From Octopus vulgaris (lineage: Eukaryota), in assembly GCA_951406725.2 (NCBI GenBank), contig OX597821.1:51398001-51462000 (forward strand): DNA of 64,000 nucleotides. Direction: 5' to 3'. The notes below the pieces were generated by a model. The model saw nothing but the letters and a program-made list of their open reading frames with translations, was not told the DNA's origin and made no database searches. Made by a program: the position numbers and the translations under genes. The first letter of the stretch is position 1. Every line of letters starts with the position of its first letter. Shown piece by piece: positions 26,470 through 39,540 of this stretch.

Positions 26470-27400
26470 TGCTTGCATTTTTGGAAAAGTAGTGTGGTGA
26501 ATCTAAAAAGTCTAGGATCTAAAATTCTAGGGTCCCAAATTCTTGGATCTCAAAGGTATGTGCGATCTTTTAGTTACACTTAAGTTGCATTTATTAGATC
26601 CATTTACATATGGCATGGCTTTCTCTACGATCCTCCACTTGATTGTATATGGTATTCTGTTGGTCTTCAAACATAATACCTGGCTAACCAGCTTACTGAC
26701 GATGTGCCGGAAAGAAGACGGGTGGTTTGCATAACGTCGGTTTGTTGTGACTTCTGCCTCATAGACGGCAGAGTTTATCATACACATGTGGTTAAGTGGG
26801 CAAGCTTCAGTGTCTCCACATTTACATTTGGAGATGGCTTTTGTTGAGCTCACAAGCTTTAATATTCTTCATATTGGGGAGACTACTTAACTGATTTCGG
26901 TACCCGCTGGGTTTTAAAATCTACAAATGAGTTTATTACTGAAATTAAGTGATATTTTTAGAGAAATGAAAGCTTCTCTCTTTCCTAAGGATTCTAATCT
27001 ATTCTCAGTTTTGCTACGTTTAGAGAGAAATTTGTCCTCATCATTAATATCATTGTTTGCCTTCTTATATTTAGTAGAAATGGTGTCATTCAACAACTTA
27101 TATTGATCATCAGTGACTTCATCTAGGTCATTGGTCTTAACAGCAAATATGAACTTTCAAAGCTTCAAATATTGGATTTTAGTTTGGCGTTATGACATTC
27201 AATATAAAATGTTCTATTCTACGCATCAGCATTAGCTTCCAGTAGGAGCTTATTTCTTTTGACAACGAAATTCCTGATACTTCTCACATGTTTTGATAAA
27301 AGTTTCATATCTAGATGTTTTGTTTTAAAGCTAAATTATTTTCACATTTAGAAGTATTTCTGTTTTAGTTGGGAAAATTTGAAATTTCCAGTATTTTGGC
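26470..27400 (-). pseudogene. Decayed, internally deleted PLE of a different clade (possibly Hydra-type)
   Basis: N-terminal-type EAFISLK...F.NK..CR joined almost directly to CKC....CPL...C....VY.A.V...RYANH..SF...IKW.I......Y.NG..KCNL. The RT core is missing. Confidence 0.75.
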
Positions 27401-27560
27401 AGTGTTTCACTGCCAACCGGAAATAATAATTTCAAGATCTAAAACGATGTTTCAAGCCACTATAAAACTTATTTCGTTATTTCGTGTGATTAGTGTTTGA
27501 TGCTATCTGGTAAATTTACTGTAACAAAGCAAAACAAAAAAAAAGCGCAAATTAGATATA

Positions 27561-27624
<64 letters not shown>

Positions 27625-30192
27625 TGTGTGTGTGGCGGGGAACATGTACGCTTGTATATGCGTATATATTTGTAAATGTTTTTATATATGTTTTAATAGC
27701 AAAAGCTTAACAGTTACTTCCAGACCTTACCAATCTTCGTATCTGTGGAACTATTAATATTTTTCCTATGAAAAATGCATTTTGTAACATTCGTATAAGA
27801 AATGAATGCTTTCTCAGTGAATTTAAAATCAGGAATAATAGTCATGACGTGTCATATTTTGAAGAATAAGTTACAAGTGTCATATTTATTATTTATTATT
27901 TTGGTGTTGGAATCTTTTCAATTGCTGTGAGTTCTTATCTGACAGACGCACCAACTATCACAGTCTCTTTGACCGTTACTATAACGTGTGTCAAGTAGAA
28001 TGCCGTACAGTATTTCTTCTGATACAGCTGTCTTTTCAAATTCCAGTTTGGCCTACCGGAGTAGCAATAATTACGTCACCCTGTTTAACAGCATCGCTCG
28101 GCACATTTGTTGCCATTACCGGAGTCTAACCTCTTGCAGCAATTCGGGCCAAATTTCGTGTTTCTGAATATCTCCCTCTTTATTATTTTACACGCTCCCT
28201 GGGTTCCTATACAGGTTTATAGCTACTTCATTTCCCACCTGATTATAAGATAAAACAACGTGTATATGCTCCTATGTGTACATGCGTACATGCGTACATA
28301 AAGAAGCACATATAGATTTTTATGTGTAAAATATATTCCATTATCAATGGCGACGATGTGGTAGAATCGTTAGCACGTGGGGAAAGCATTTAGTGACATT
28401 TGGCTAGGCTTTACGTTCCGAGATCAAATCTTGCCGAAGTCAACTTTGCCTTTCGTCCTTTGGGGATCGGTGAAGTAAGTACCAGTGGAACACTGGGATC
28501 GATGTAATCAACCTATACCCTCCCCCAAACATGCTGGTCTTGTGCTAAAATTTGAAATCGATATCAATACATGTTATCCACGATAGAAGGCAAGAAACAA
28601 GAACGCTCAACTTGCTGTCCTCAGACATCTTGCTTTCGAGTTCTAAGCAGTAACTTTAGAGTTACATACATTGATTTATGATTGAGCAGCTTTGAATTGA
28701 AGAGCTAAATTGACATCATTTGAAATGACTGTATTGCCATCACATACACAACCTTCATTACATGATTTTGAGAATGCTGTTCCAAGCCTCGGGAAACGAA
28801 ATAAACGATTAACAGTTACACATCCATCACTTTTTATCCATAATTTTTAGCAAGTCATTGACAGAAAATTTTCCATGGTATTTCTTATAAAGAAAATAAA
28901 TTCTGCATGCTACAGGCGAAATTTGATAGAAAATTATGAAAACCCGATTAAAAAAACCATGAATGCCTTTAGGATAAATGCCTTAATAAAACATCCATGT
29001 TGATTCACAGCATTGTCGCTAGTGTTAAACAATTAGTGCTTATTTTATGTGTGTATGTGTGTGTGTCTGTGTGCTGTGTGTGTGTTTACGCTTTTATGAT
29101 TTCCATGATGTTGTGTGTGCAAGTGATTTTCGCAAAGCAATCTTATAATAAATCAAAATGTTACAAGTGTAGAAGGAGAAAAACACGTGGCTGCATATAT
29201 ATATATATATATAAATATGTTTGTATGCACAAATCAAAAGTACAGAAATAAAGGTAAATAAACTATGTGTATATGTATGTTTGTGTGCAAGGACGTAGAA
29301 ATAATCCGATTGACAAATAAGCACGCTGCATGATAAATGCCTGTGTTATTACTTCTTAGATTTTTCTCAGGCCTAGAAATCTTCTTAGTAGAAGGATACT
29401 TTATGTAGAACCCAAATATCGATCAATTTCTGGTCACCTTAATTCAAGTAGGGTCACCAAGAAACAGCTGTTGTATCTGCAAAGTGAAAGTTGTTCCCAA
29501 TAGCTCCAAAAGTAGGTTCTTTCGATCAGGGAAGTATATACATAACGAAGGCCTATCTTTAGATAAGTACAACGGTATCCCAAATTCTGGAGCTTTTTTT
29601 TTTCAGTATCAGAATATACTTCAGGGCTCAACAATTTTTGACAAACTACGAAGCTGAGATGAAGTAGCCAACTGAGTATTACTCTCATGCCTTGGACGGA
29701 GATACTACTGTTGCTGGTGAAGATCTTATCTCAATGACCTAGTTTATTTATGTCTTCTCTGAAGGTCAAATGCTCAAGACGGTTTCACCTTACATGACAA
29801 AGAATTAAAGAAAATTTTCGGTACGATAGTCTTAGAACAACCGAAATAGTACATACAAGAGTGTTCACCGTCGTTGCACCAGTCAGTTTATCAAGTAATG
29901 AAAACTGTCAATTCCTTTGTTTACCCATGACCAAAGGGGCCCAAACTTATATAAATTGTGGCTACGTTCTTCGATCGTTTGATCTTTGAGTAGAGTTTTC
30001 GAACCTGGGTTCTTATTCCTAAAGTATTTATGTGTGTGTCTGTGTTTGTCCCCACCATCATTTGATGTTGGTGTGTTTACATCCCCGTAACTTAAGTACC
30101 AGGAGTTGATTGCTTCAACTAAGAACCTTTAAAGACAGTGCTCCAGTATAGTTGCTATCAAAATGGCTGAAACAGGTAAAAGAATAAAATAA

Positions 30193-30273
<81 letters not shown>

Positions 30274-30323
30274 ATCAAACTATCTATCTATCTATCTATC
30301 TATCTACCTATCTATCTATTTAC

Positions 30324-30383
<60 letters not shown>

Positions 30384-30391
30384 ATTTCTGC

Positions 30392-30487
<96 letters not shown>

Positions 30488-30720
30488 GTCTATCTATCTA
30501 TCTATCTATCTATCTATTTATCTATCTATCTAGCTACTTATCGATCTAACTGTCTGACTGCCTGTCTCTCTGTCTCTCCCTCTTTATATATATGTATGTA
30601 TGTATGTATATAAGGATGTATGTATGTAAGTATGTATGTGTGTATGCATATATGTATGTTTGTATGTATGTGTGTATGTATGCATATACGTGTATGTGTG
30701 TATGTATGTGTGTCTGTATG
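30193..30720. repeat. Compound (TATC)n, (TA)n, (TATG)n microsatellite
   Basis: Direct inspection. Confidence 0.95.
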
Positions 30721-31012
30721 TGTTCCTTTATGTGTTTTGAAGAGGATGTAAATGAGCGCTTTCGATGTTGTAGTTTCCGAGATTGTGTATTGCTACTAAA
30801 AGCTGCCAAACTAATCATGCACATGTTTCTATAGAATGAAGAAATGTTAGACGGAAGACATGCACGCTCCGTAGCTCAAATCTATTCATGGTGTGATACA
30901 TGCGCGCCCGTGTTTATAATTATACATATGTGCATGCGTGTTTACAGATACATGCACACTCACACACACAAATTATATTCAACTACCTGTATGTAAAAGC
31001 ATGCACATATGC

Positions 31013-31054
<42 letters not shown>

Positions 31055-31114
31055 TATTTATTTATTTATGTATTTATTTATTTATCTATTTATTTATATC
31101 TATATATCTATCTA

Positions 31115-31174
<60 letters not shown>

Positions 31175-31531
31175 CATATGCAAATATGACAGGAAATTGT
31201 TAAGCGATAGAGATACAACTTAGAAAACAGAATCGTTTCAAAGGTGTTTTACTGAGCATCACATGAAAGAAGTCTTTCTATTGGGTTACCGTCATTGAAG
31301 GGGAAATTTGTTTTTATGGTTCTCGGTGATGTATTCCATGACATGAGATTACATTGACAGCGGCAGGCGAAAGTGCAAGCATGAATCGTATACCCTAATA
31401 TGTCAGAATGTGCGTATGTGTGGTGTAACTCTGTGTATGTATGTATATATGTATGTATGCCTGTATGTATGTATGTATGTATGTATGTATGTATGTATGT
31501 ATGTGTGCGCGTATGTATATATGTATGTATG

Positions 31532-31820
31532 TACAAAATTAAGAGGAATGACCACTAAAGTGGACACCCTATATGCTAAACATAGACGTCAAATTTCCAT
31601 TACCACGAGAATGCGTTATCAAGAAATGTATTTCTTGAGAACCCATTCTTCGGGATAATGGCGATTTGACGTCTATATTTAGCATATAGGGTGTCCACTT
31701 TAGTGGTCATACGTCTTAATTTTGTATGTAACGCAATTTTTAATCTTCGGATTTTAAATATGCTAAGCCACTGGTTTTAATTTATTAACATCAATTTCTA
31801 CCCTTATTATTTAAAGTTAT
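31532..31820 (+). mobile_element. Fold-back element: ~96-bp-arm palindrome 31532-31726 + tail to ~31820
   Basis: Outer arms near-perfect, inner arms diverged. TTGANAA...ccatt/aatgg...GAAA HHR-like remnants in both arms. The tail resembles positions 1-70. Confidence 0.72.
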
Positions 31821-31917
31821 GTATATATGTATGTATATAGATATATTTATGTATATATTCATATGTATGTAAACACACATGGTTAATATATGCATGTATA
31901 TGTATACAGATATATAC

Positions 31918-31972
<55 letters not shown>

Positions 31973-34900
31973 TGTGTCCGTGTGTGTGGTTTGTATATAA
32001 ATATATGTGTGTTTGTATATATTCATATATGTGTTAACGTGGTCTATAAGTTTCACCATGTGCGTGTGTACATCGAGTAACGCATTTCCATATGTCCTTT
32101 AAGCGTATATGTATGTGTGTGTTTGTCTATATATGTCTATACACACGTGCATGTGTATGTGTGTGAGTTTATATGCTGTGTGCCTATGTAGTGGATATTT
32201 GAGAGGCGTTGCTATACCTAGTTTAGACTTCTATAATGTGGATCGACCTCCTGAAGTTGTTCATCTCTCATTGTATTATGAAATTAGGACCGAGATGTTA
32301 CCTTTCTTAAAACAGCTTCATGTGTAATCTACCAGAAATTTTACTAACGTTAATATAGTTCATGTACATGAGAAGGATGCCGGAATCGCAGCGAAAAAAA
32401 AATTATGTCATTTTCTCACCTAATTACCTCTTTTGTCCAAATTTCATCTGAGTGATTCTTGAAAAAGAATTTATACAATTTTATTAAAGAAATTGCGTTT
32501 TTGTATTTTTATTTATTGATCTCTTGCCTAGTTACTGAAATGAAGTACAAGTACAAATAATGGCAAGAAACCAATTATATCTTCCCCTGAAAATGGTAAC
32601 AACTATTTGAAATTATTTTTGTCGCCAATATCATTATAAGCTACAATATTACAGATTGATCACAGTAGACGATGAACTATGCATTAATAACGACAAAAAG
32701 TAAATAATTCCCGGGAAGAAGGTGGAGTTGGAATATAAAAATGGACTAGGGTTGATCGAAAAGTATTCCAGTATGTAAGGGTATATTTTTGTATTTTTAT
32801 GCTAAATCAGTAGAAAAATATCGTCAAAAATTCTCGAGACATTTGAAATTATTTAATTCCGAGTTTGCTCTAGTAGTCCCAAGTTGTTCAAGCTGTGAAT
32901 CTCTTTTCTTTATTTTGTTTATGCATAGTAGCTAGCACAATATTACCAGCTATGGACACCAGATTTTGTGCTGTTTCTAGCATATCGAACTATCTCATAA
33001 AGGGGTCATCTTTGTATCAGTACCTAACAATATTTGTATCAAATGAATGCATTGTTGACTTTCTTTTCTAAGATATGTCGTCACAGACCGCTTTCGGAGA
33101 CAAATTCGACTAGTTGGCTGAGAGATTAAATAAAAATTAATACATACCAAATGAACTATATTACTTGTGTTCATCATATTACTTTAATTTGGAACTGCAA
33201 GTTGTCGGTGCATTTTAACAAGGAGAAATCAGCTTAACATTTTTATGTCCATCTGATTGATATATAGTCTCTGATATTCTTTTACATTTCTTTTCTTTTA
33301 TGTTACTTATTCCATTCCTTTTCTGGTCTTGCCGCCGTAATACTAGATTTCCTTGTCAGATTCTAATCGATTACATCGATTCCCCGTTCTTTGATTGTAA
33401 CAGAATTTTTAGAGCTCTTCTTACAAATGGTTCACGTTTCAAATAAGGGAAACATCACATTTGTGTTGATGCACCAATTTACAGAAATTTACACACACAC
33501 ACCACATAAAGAAACATTATATACACATACACACGCATGCGTGTGTGTGTGTGTGTGTGTGCGTGTGTGTGTGTGGGTGTGTCTATGTGTTTGTGTTTAT
33601 GAGTAGCTTTAACACAATTTCATCGACAAGGCATTGGTCTAACCCCGTGACCTGATAGAACTATGTCATTCAGTGTATTCGCATACAGAAACACAAAACA
33701 GTGAAGTGAACTGCATAAATTACATATAACTATGTGCTTACTTTAGACAATATCAATTAAGTTAATTAGATAAATAATCCTGATTACTTGCTAACTCAAC
33801 TCAATTTACATAATAGCCATATATATGTTTTTCGGAGCGGATGTAATAATTTTAAGAGAGGACAAAATGAAAAAAAACATGAATTAGCCTTTATATTTTC
33901 AGAGCCCCGTAGACTTAGAAATGGTACGAGTTATTTTCAGACGATGGAGAGAGAGAATCCGAATGCTTACAACGGAGTGAGTTCCACACCACAATATCTA
34001 CTTAAAGACCATGTTGTGATGCTTAACCAGATGGCACACGCATTAAATTTGCCTATCTAAAACACGTATGAATTTTCTGAATGTGTTTCACGTAGTTGCC
34101 CACTACATAATCTTTCTCAGAAGAAACTTGCTTCACGTGCCTTGTAATGAAATCGAATCTCAGACAACATAGTAGTGAAGCAAAGTTTTTAACCGCACGC
34201 CTATCTTTACATCCACTATAGCATATTTAGTCTAAAATTTCCGAAATATGAAGCAGTATTTTCTTTTTGAGAGATTGAATATTTAATCCTCGCTGCTGAA
34301 ATGTTCATGTAGGATCAAACTTTTTGTTCCTTACATCTATAGAATATATCAAATTGAACACAGTGTTATACTTCCTGTTCTATTGTAATTTCAATATAAC
34401 GTCAAATCTGTCTTTCACAACATCACGTAACATGGCTATAATATTTCCTTTAAAGTATTTGTGTAAAAGAATTAATGAGAGGGGTGTATTACAGTATTAT
34501 ATATCTGACATTGCCAAAAAGCTCTAAAAATCATCATGTTTCTAGCTTTATTGCGTGTTTTGTTTTTAGACGTGACGTTCATATTTTCATTCCAGAAATC
34601 TATATGATCTGAAAAAATAACAGGAAAAAATACAAAAAACTCAATAATCACCTTATGCTTTCATGAAAATCAAAACGTGTATTTTTGGTTAAAAATTGAA
34701 AATAAGATCACCATTTCAACTTTAAAAAATAATTTATAATGAATTGAAAAAAAAAATTCTAATGACTTAATATGGAAAAAATATATTGTTTAATAGAAAA
34801 CCATCGACGGCAAGAACATTAATATATCTCGAATTATAATTCTTGATGATATTAATTTAATGTTTTTAAAGAACACATTCATATGATGCTTTCCGAATGT

Positions 34901-35108
34901 TTTAATTTACGCATAGTATATTCTACTTCAATTTTACACTTTTCGTGTGTTCATATCACTACCGTATTTTCTATTTCTGAAATTTAGAAGTATACTGAAT
35001 TCGAAGTGTAATTTTTTAATGTTTGTTTTGAAATGCATTAAAATATCATTGTCAGCCATTGGTGCTGCACAGAACTGACTGCACTGTAAAAGAATACGTG
35101 TATGTATG

Positions 35109-35155
<47 letters not shown>

Positions 35156-35271
35156 ATGTAATATAAATGTTTATATATACATATATATATGTGTGTGTTT
35201 ATATATGTGTATATAAAGACACGTATAATTGATTTTACATATACGTACATAGATGTAAAAATTTGCATATG

Positions 35272-35322
<51 letters not shown>

Positions 35323-35323
35323 G

Positions 35324-35400
<77 letters not shown>

Positions 35401-35477
35401 GGATGGATGTTTATGTGTATATATATATATATATACATACTTGAAGCGTATAACTTACGTACATATACATATATATC

Positions 35478-35541
<64 letters not shown>

Positions 35542-35922
35542 TTATATTTTTTCTATCTACCAACATGACTTAATCTTTTATAACACTCACGTAGGCATAT
35601 TTCGGAATTCATTTTCTAAATTTACAACATAAATATAGTTACTATTGTGTGCGTATGTGTATATGTGCGTATGTGTGTATGTTTGAGCGTGTGAGTGTGT
35701 ATGTCTGTATGTGCGCCTGTGTGTGCGTAGGTGTACGTATATTTTGTTTCGATATATAAGACTCTAATAGATATAATCGCAGAGAGCATAGTACTCCAAT
35801 GGTAAAACATACGAAAATTTTGATACTAAACCAACTAAACCCGGTTACCATCACCGATCGATATTAAAACGACTTCGTTGGTTTATGATGAATGTCAGTC
35901 AGAATGTAGTTGTTGACATTTC

Positions 35923-35928
35923 ATTATT

Positions 35929-36006
<78 letters not shown>

Positions 36007-36019
36007 ATTATTATTATTA
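35923..36019. repeat. (ATT)n microsatellite
   Basis: Direct inspection. Confidence 0.95.
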
Positions 36020-37238
36020 ATGAAAATATGCATACTGTTTTATTTTATTTAGGTGGTAGTCTTAATTTGTCGGTCGTTTTAACATAACCACCATCTGTTA
36101 CCTTGCAGTACCTTAAGTGGAGTGAAATACGTTGCATACATCGGGATCTGGTTTCCAGTTTGAGGAGACCGTATTCTTATTGTTACTATCATTTTATTGT
36201 AACAGCTTATTCAAATATTCGTCATTTGAGAACTGAAGTGAAACTTTAAGAGATATATTGTTATATAACTTGAAAATCATTAGAGAATATTAAAAATAGG
36301 AAAATCTCAAGTTACTGAGGGCCTACAACCCTGAACTTTAACGGCTTCTTCAACATAGTTTTTTTCACGCGACAAAATGTATCGATGTATCGCCTTCTCA
36401 GCTAAGACAATAGTTGGCGTTCATACATATGAAAATACATTTTCGGGCTACAGTTTTTGTATGTCGCCTATATAGTGAATTAATTTTTCATTCATGAACT
36501 GACTCTCTGCTCAATTTTAAATCTAGGCTAGTCTATAATTTACACTAATAATTCTCGCTTGATTTATTCTTCAACCGAATGAATAATGTATATTAAAAAT
36601 GTTTTCTTTCTCATCTTTCAACCTCTATAGCTTATTTCCCAATGCATATGTATCGAACATAAAAAAATAAGACAAACTGGAACGATGCGGACCAATTCAT
36701 ATGTTGAATATGTATTTTAGTGTATAGCTTTTATTATCTTTCTTTCTGTCGCAATATTTGTTTCTTATACAACTATTAAGTTGACTTTCCTTTCTCTGAA
36801 TCAGTACAACGTCTTCGGTCAGCATTTTCTTTCAAATCAGACGCATTGCACAATTTCATTGCAATTACTCTGTAGTAAAAGTTATTTTGATGATCACTGC
36901 CGCGAGTACCCTCTTGCTCGTTATCATTCACAATAACATTCAGGTAATATTCAAGCCCATCGCCAAACTCTGATTCACTGAGACATATGTCTTCAGTCGT
37001 TTCAGGGTAAAAGTATCTCACATCGCGTTTCAAACGCAAGTAGAAAAACAAAATAAACATCATTATTCCAGACCCTTTCTCACCTGTATATATTAACAGA
37101 CGCTTCACTATCTTTTAGTTGACATTAAATTTGGACTTTGATATTCGAGTGTAGTCATCATACGGATGATCACTAATCTCGATCATTGGCAGCCTTTAAG
37201 AAAGTCGAAACACATACAAACATACACAGACGCCTATA

Positions 37239-37311
<73 letters not shown>

Positions 37312-37432
37312 GTTGTGTATGCATGTATCTCTCTCTCCCTCCTTATCTCGGCATGTAACTATATAATTATATATATGTATATATATATACAGACAGAGAG
37401 ATGGTGATTCATGCAGATATGTATAATGTGAT

Positions 37433-37636
37433 GTAGTTGTCGAGTGGTACCCGCGCGAGGGGAAACGACCACTCGGAAGGCCTCCACGACGGTGGAGTTA
37501 CGATTTCAGGAGGGCGCATGTGATCACGTGGATGAGGAAGGTACGATCCAGAGAGGAGTGGACAGCGTGCTGTGACGTGCGGTGTCAAATGGACGCCCGA
37601 CGGACTAGTCGGTCAAGGTGATCAAAGTGATATATA
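37433..37636 (+). mobile_element. 3' end of an RTE-like LINE (ORF C-terminus + short 3' tail)
   Basis: Open frame VVVEWYPREGKRPLGRPPRRWSYDF....TWMRKVRSREEW... with stop at 37619-37621. W.P..KR..GRP..RW is the typical RTE-clade C-terminal motif. Confidence 0.8.
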
Positions 37637-37641
37637 AATTC

Positions 37642-37906
37642 ATATATCACTTTGATCACTTCACTTTGACCGACCAGGCTATCAGATGTTGCTACACATC
37701 GCTAGTTACAATGCGTTTCGCATTGTTTTAGCCTTCAAATGACGCCACCCCGCTGGCTAAGCGAGTAGGCCAACAGAAGAAAGAGTTAGAGAAAGTTGTG
37801 GTGAAAGAGTACAGCAGGGACTACCACCACCCCCTGTCGGAGCCTCGTGGAGCCTTAGGTGTTTTCGCTCAATAAACACTGACAACGCCCGGTGTGGGAA
37901 TCGAAG
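37642..37906 (-). mobile_element. tRNA-headed SINE (5'-clipped) whose 3' tail matches the adjacent LINE
   Basis: B-box-like TTCGATTCCC at the right end (minus strand); 3' end GTCGGTCAAAGTGAAGTGATCAAAGTGATATAT. Confidence 0.7.
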
Positions 37907-38596
37907 CCTATTTGTAAATACAGTGAACAGCATCAGAGACTTCTGGTTTCTTGGAGAGGATAATTTTCGTTCTCAAATAATATCTTCATTTTTTTTTTCA
38001 TATTCATCTCTTCATGCTAGTTACTATTTATCATGTAATATTTCCAAGAATGCTCTGGCTTAAATCTTCCTTCCTCCTGACTTTGTGTATTCTTTTCACA
38101 TGTATCTGTCCGTGCGTTTGTTTACAATCAAAGCACAATCTCCATATGGTGCACTATAAGCATAGCTGTTTGCTATCTGCCTGTTTGTTTGTCTCTCTGT
38201 ACTCGCCATCCTGTCTTTCTTTCTCTCTCTCTCTCACTCATTTCTCTATCTGATTTCCTCTTTATACTATACTGACATACTTTAAATTGAGTAACCCTTA
38301 TAGTTCTGTTTGTTTGCCAGCTTTTATATATTATCAGATATTCAATTTATGCTTCTGAATGAAATGGTTGAACTTTTGTCCCTTATACTCTTTACTCTCT
38401 TTTACTTGTTTCAGTCATGTGACTGTGGCCATGCTGGAGCACCGCCTTTAGTCGAGCAAATCGCCCCCAGGACTATTCTTTGTACGCCTAGTACTTACTC
38501 TATCGGTCTCTTTTGCCGAACCGCTAAGTGACGGGGACATAAACACACCAGCATCGGTTGAAAAGCGATGTTGGGGGGACAAACACAGACACACAA

Positions 38597-38670
<74 letters not shown>

Positions 38671-38673
<3 letters not shown>

Positions 38674-39508
38674 TAAAACAATTAAGATTCAAGTGAATTC
38701 CAATGAATTCAAATGAATGCGGTACTTAACTTAGATGCACCAGAAATCTTTATGGTATTAACCATAAAATAATGTGCGGTGATTATAAACAGGAAAAAAG
38801 CAACAAGAATGGATTAGTTGTTCAGTACAATTGTTTCATACGAAGGACAGATTTATTTAAAGCTGCAAATATGCAGCAAATACAAGTGTCCCGTATTCAT
38901 CAGCCAAAACACATATGAGTTTTCCAAACATCCTAGGGGGTGAGGCTACACTCATGAAGTATCGAAGAGAGTTCTATGAAAAGCAAAGTTAGGTTGTAAG
39001 CAGACTTAAAATGTTTTCTAATGATGCACAGTTTTATAAAAGGTTTTTAAAAAGATTGTTAGCTTCTCAGAAAAGGTAAATCCATCCATAATAATGCAGG
39101 TGTAATTTCCGGAGATATGAGGAAAGATTTTATTCACAGAGAAGATGAATGTATCCATAATAATGCAGATGTAATTTCCTGATATATGAGGAAAAGATGT
39201 TGATCACACATCTATTCATTTCACAAACTAAGTTGTTGGAAGAAGAGATTGGCTACAGTGGCTAAAAGAAGTCGCAAAAGAAGTCAGTGAAGCAGAAACC
39301 GCCCAAATAAGGACATTATGAGAGGAAGTGGGTAGGGGAATAAGAGTGTAGCCTCACTCCCTAGGATGTTTGGAAAACTCCTATGTGTTTTGGCTGATAA
39401 ATACGGGACACTTGTATTTGCTGCAATATTTGCAGCTTTTAATAAATCTGCTCTTCGTATGAAACAATTGTACTGAACAACTAATCCATTCTTGTTGCTT
39501 TTTTCCTG

Positions 39509-39509
<1 letters not shown>
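38671..39509 (-). mobile_element. HHR-bearing fold-back element (IR 38789-38953 / 39344-39509, tail 38671-38788) nested in a SINE's internal (TA)n
   Basis: ~165-bp inverted arms with a few mismatches, TA flanks, and two halves of one SINE on either side. Confidence 0.8.
38819..38911 (-). ncRNA. Hammerhead ribozyme with long stem II insertion (plus-strand copy 39386-39479 has CTGATAA)
   Basis: Minus strand: tgttttgg-CTGATGA-ATACG[~55 nt incl. GCTGCA/TGCAGC hairpin]CGTAT-GAAA-C aatt G-TA-ctgaaca. Palindromic CAATTG stem III, GUA triplet. Confidence 0.75.
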
Positions 39510-39540
<31 letters not shown>

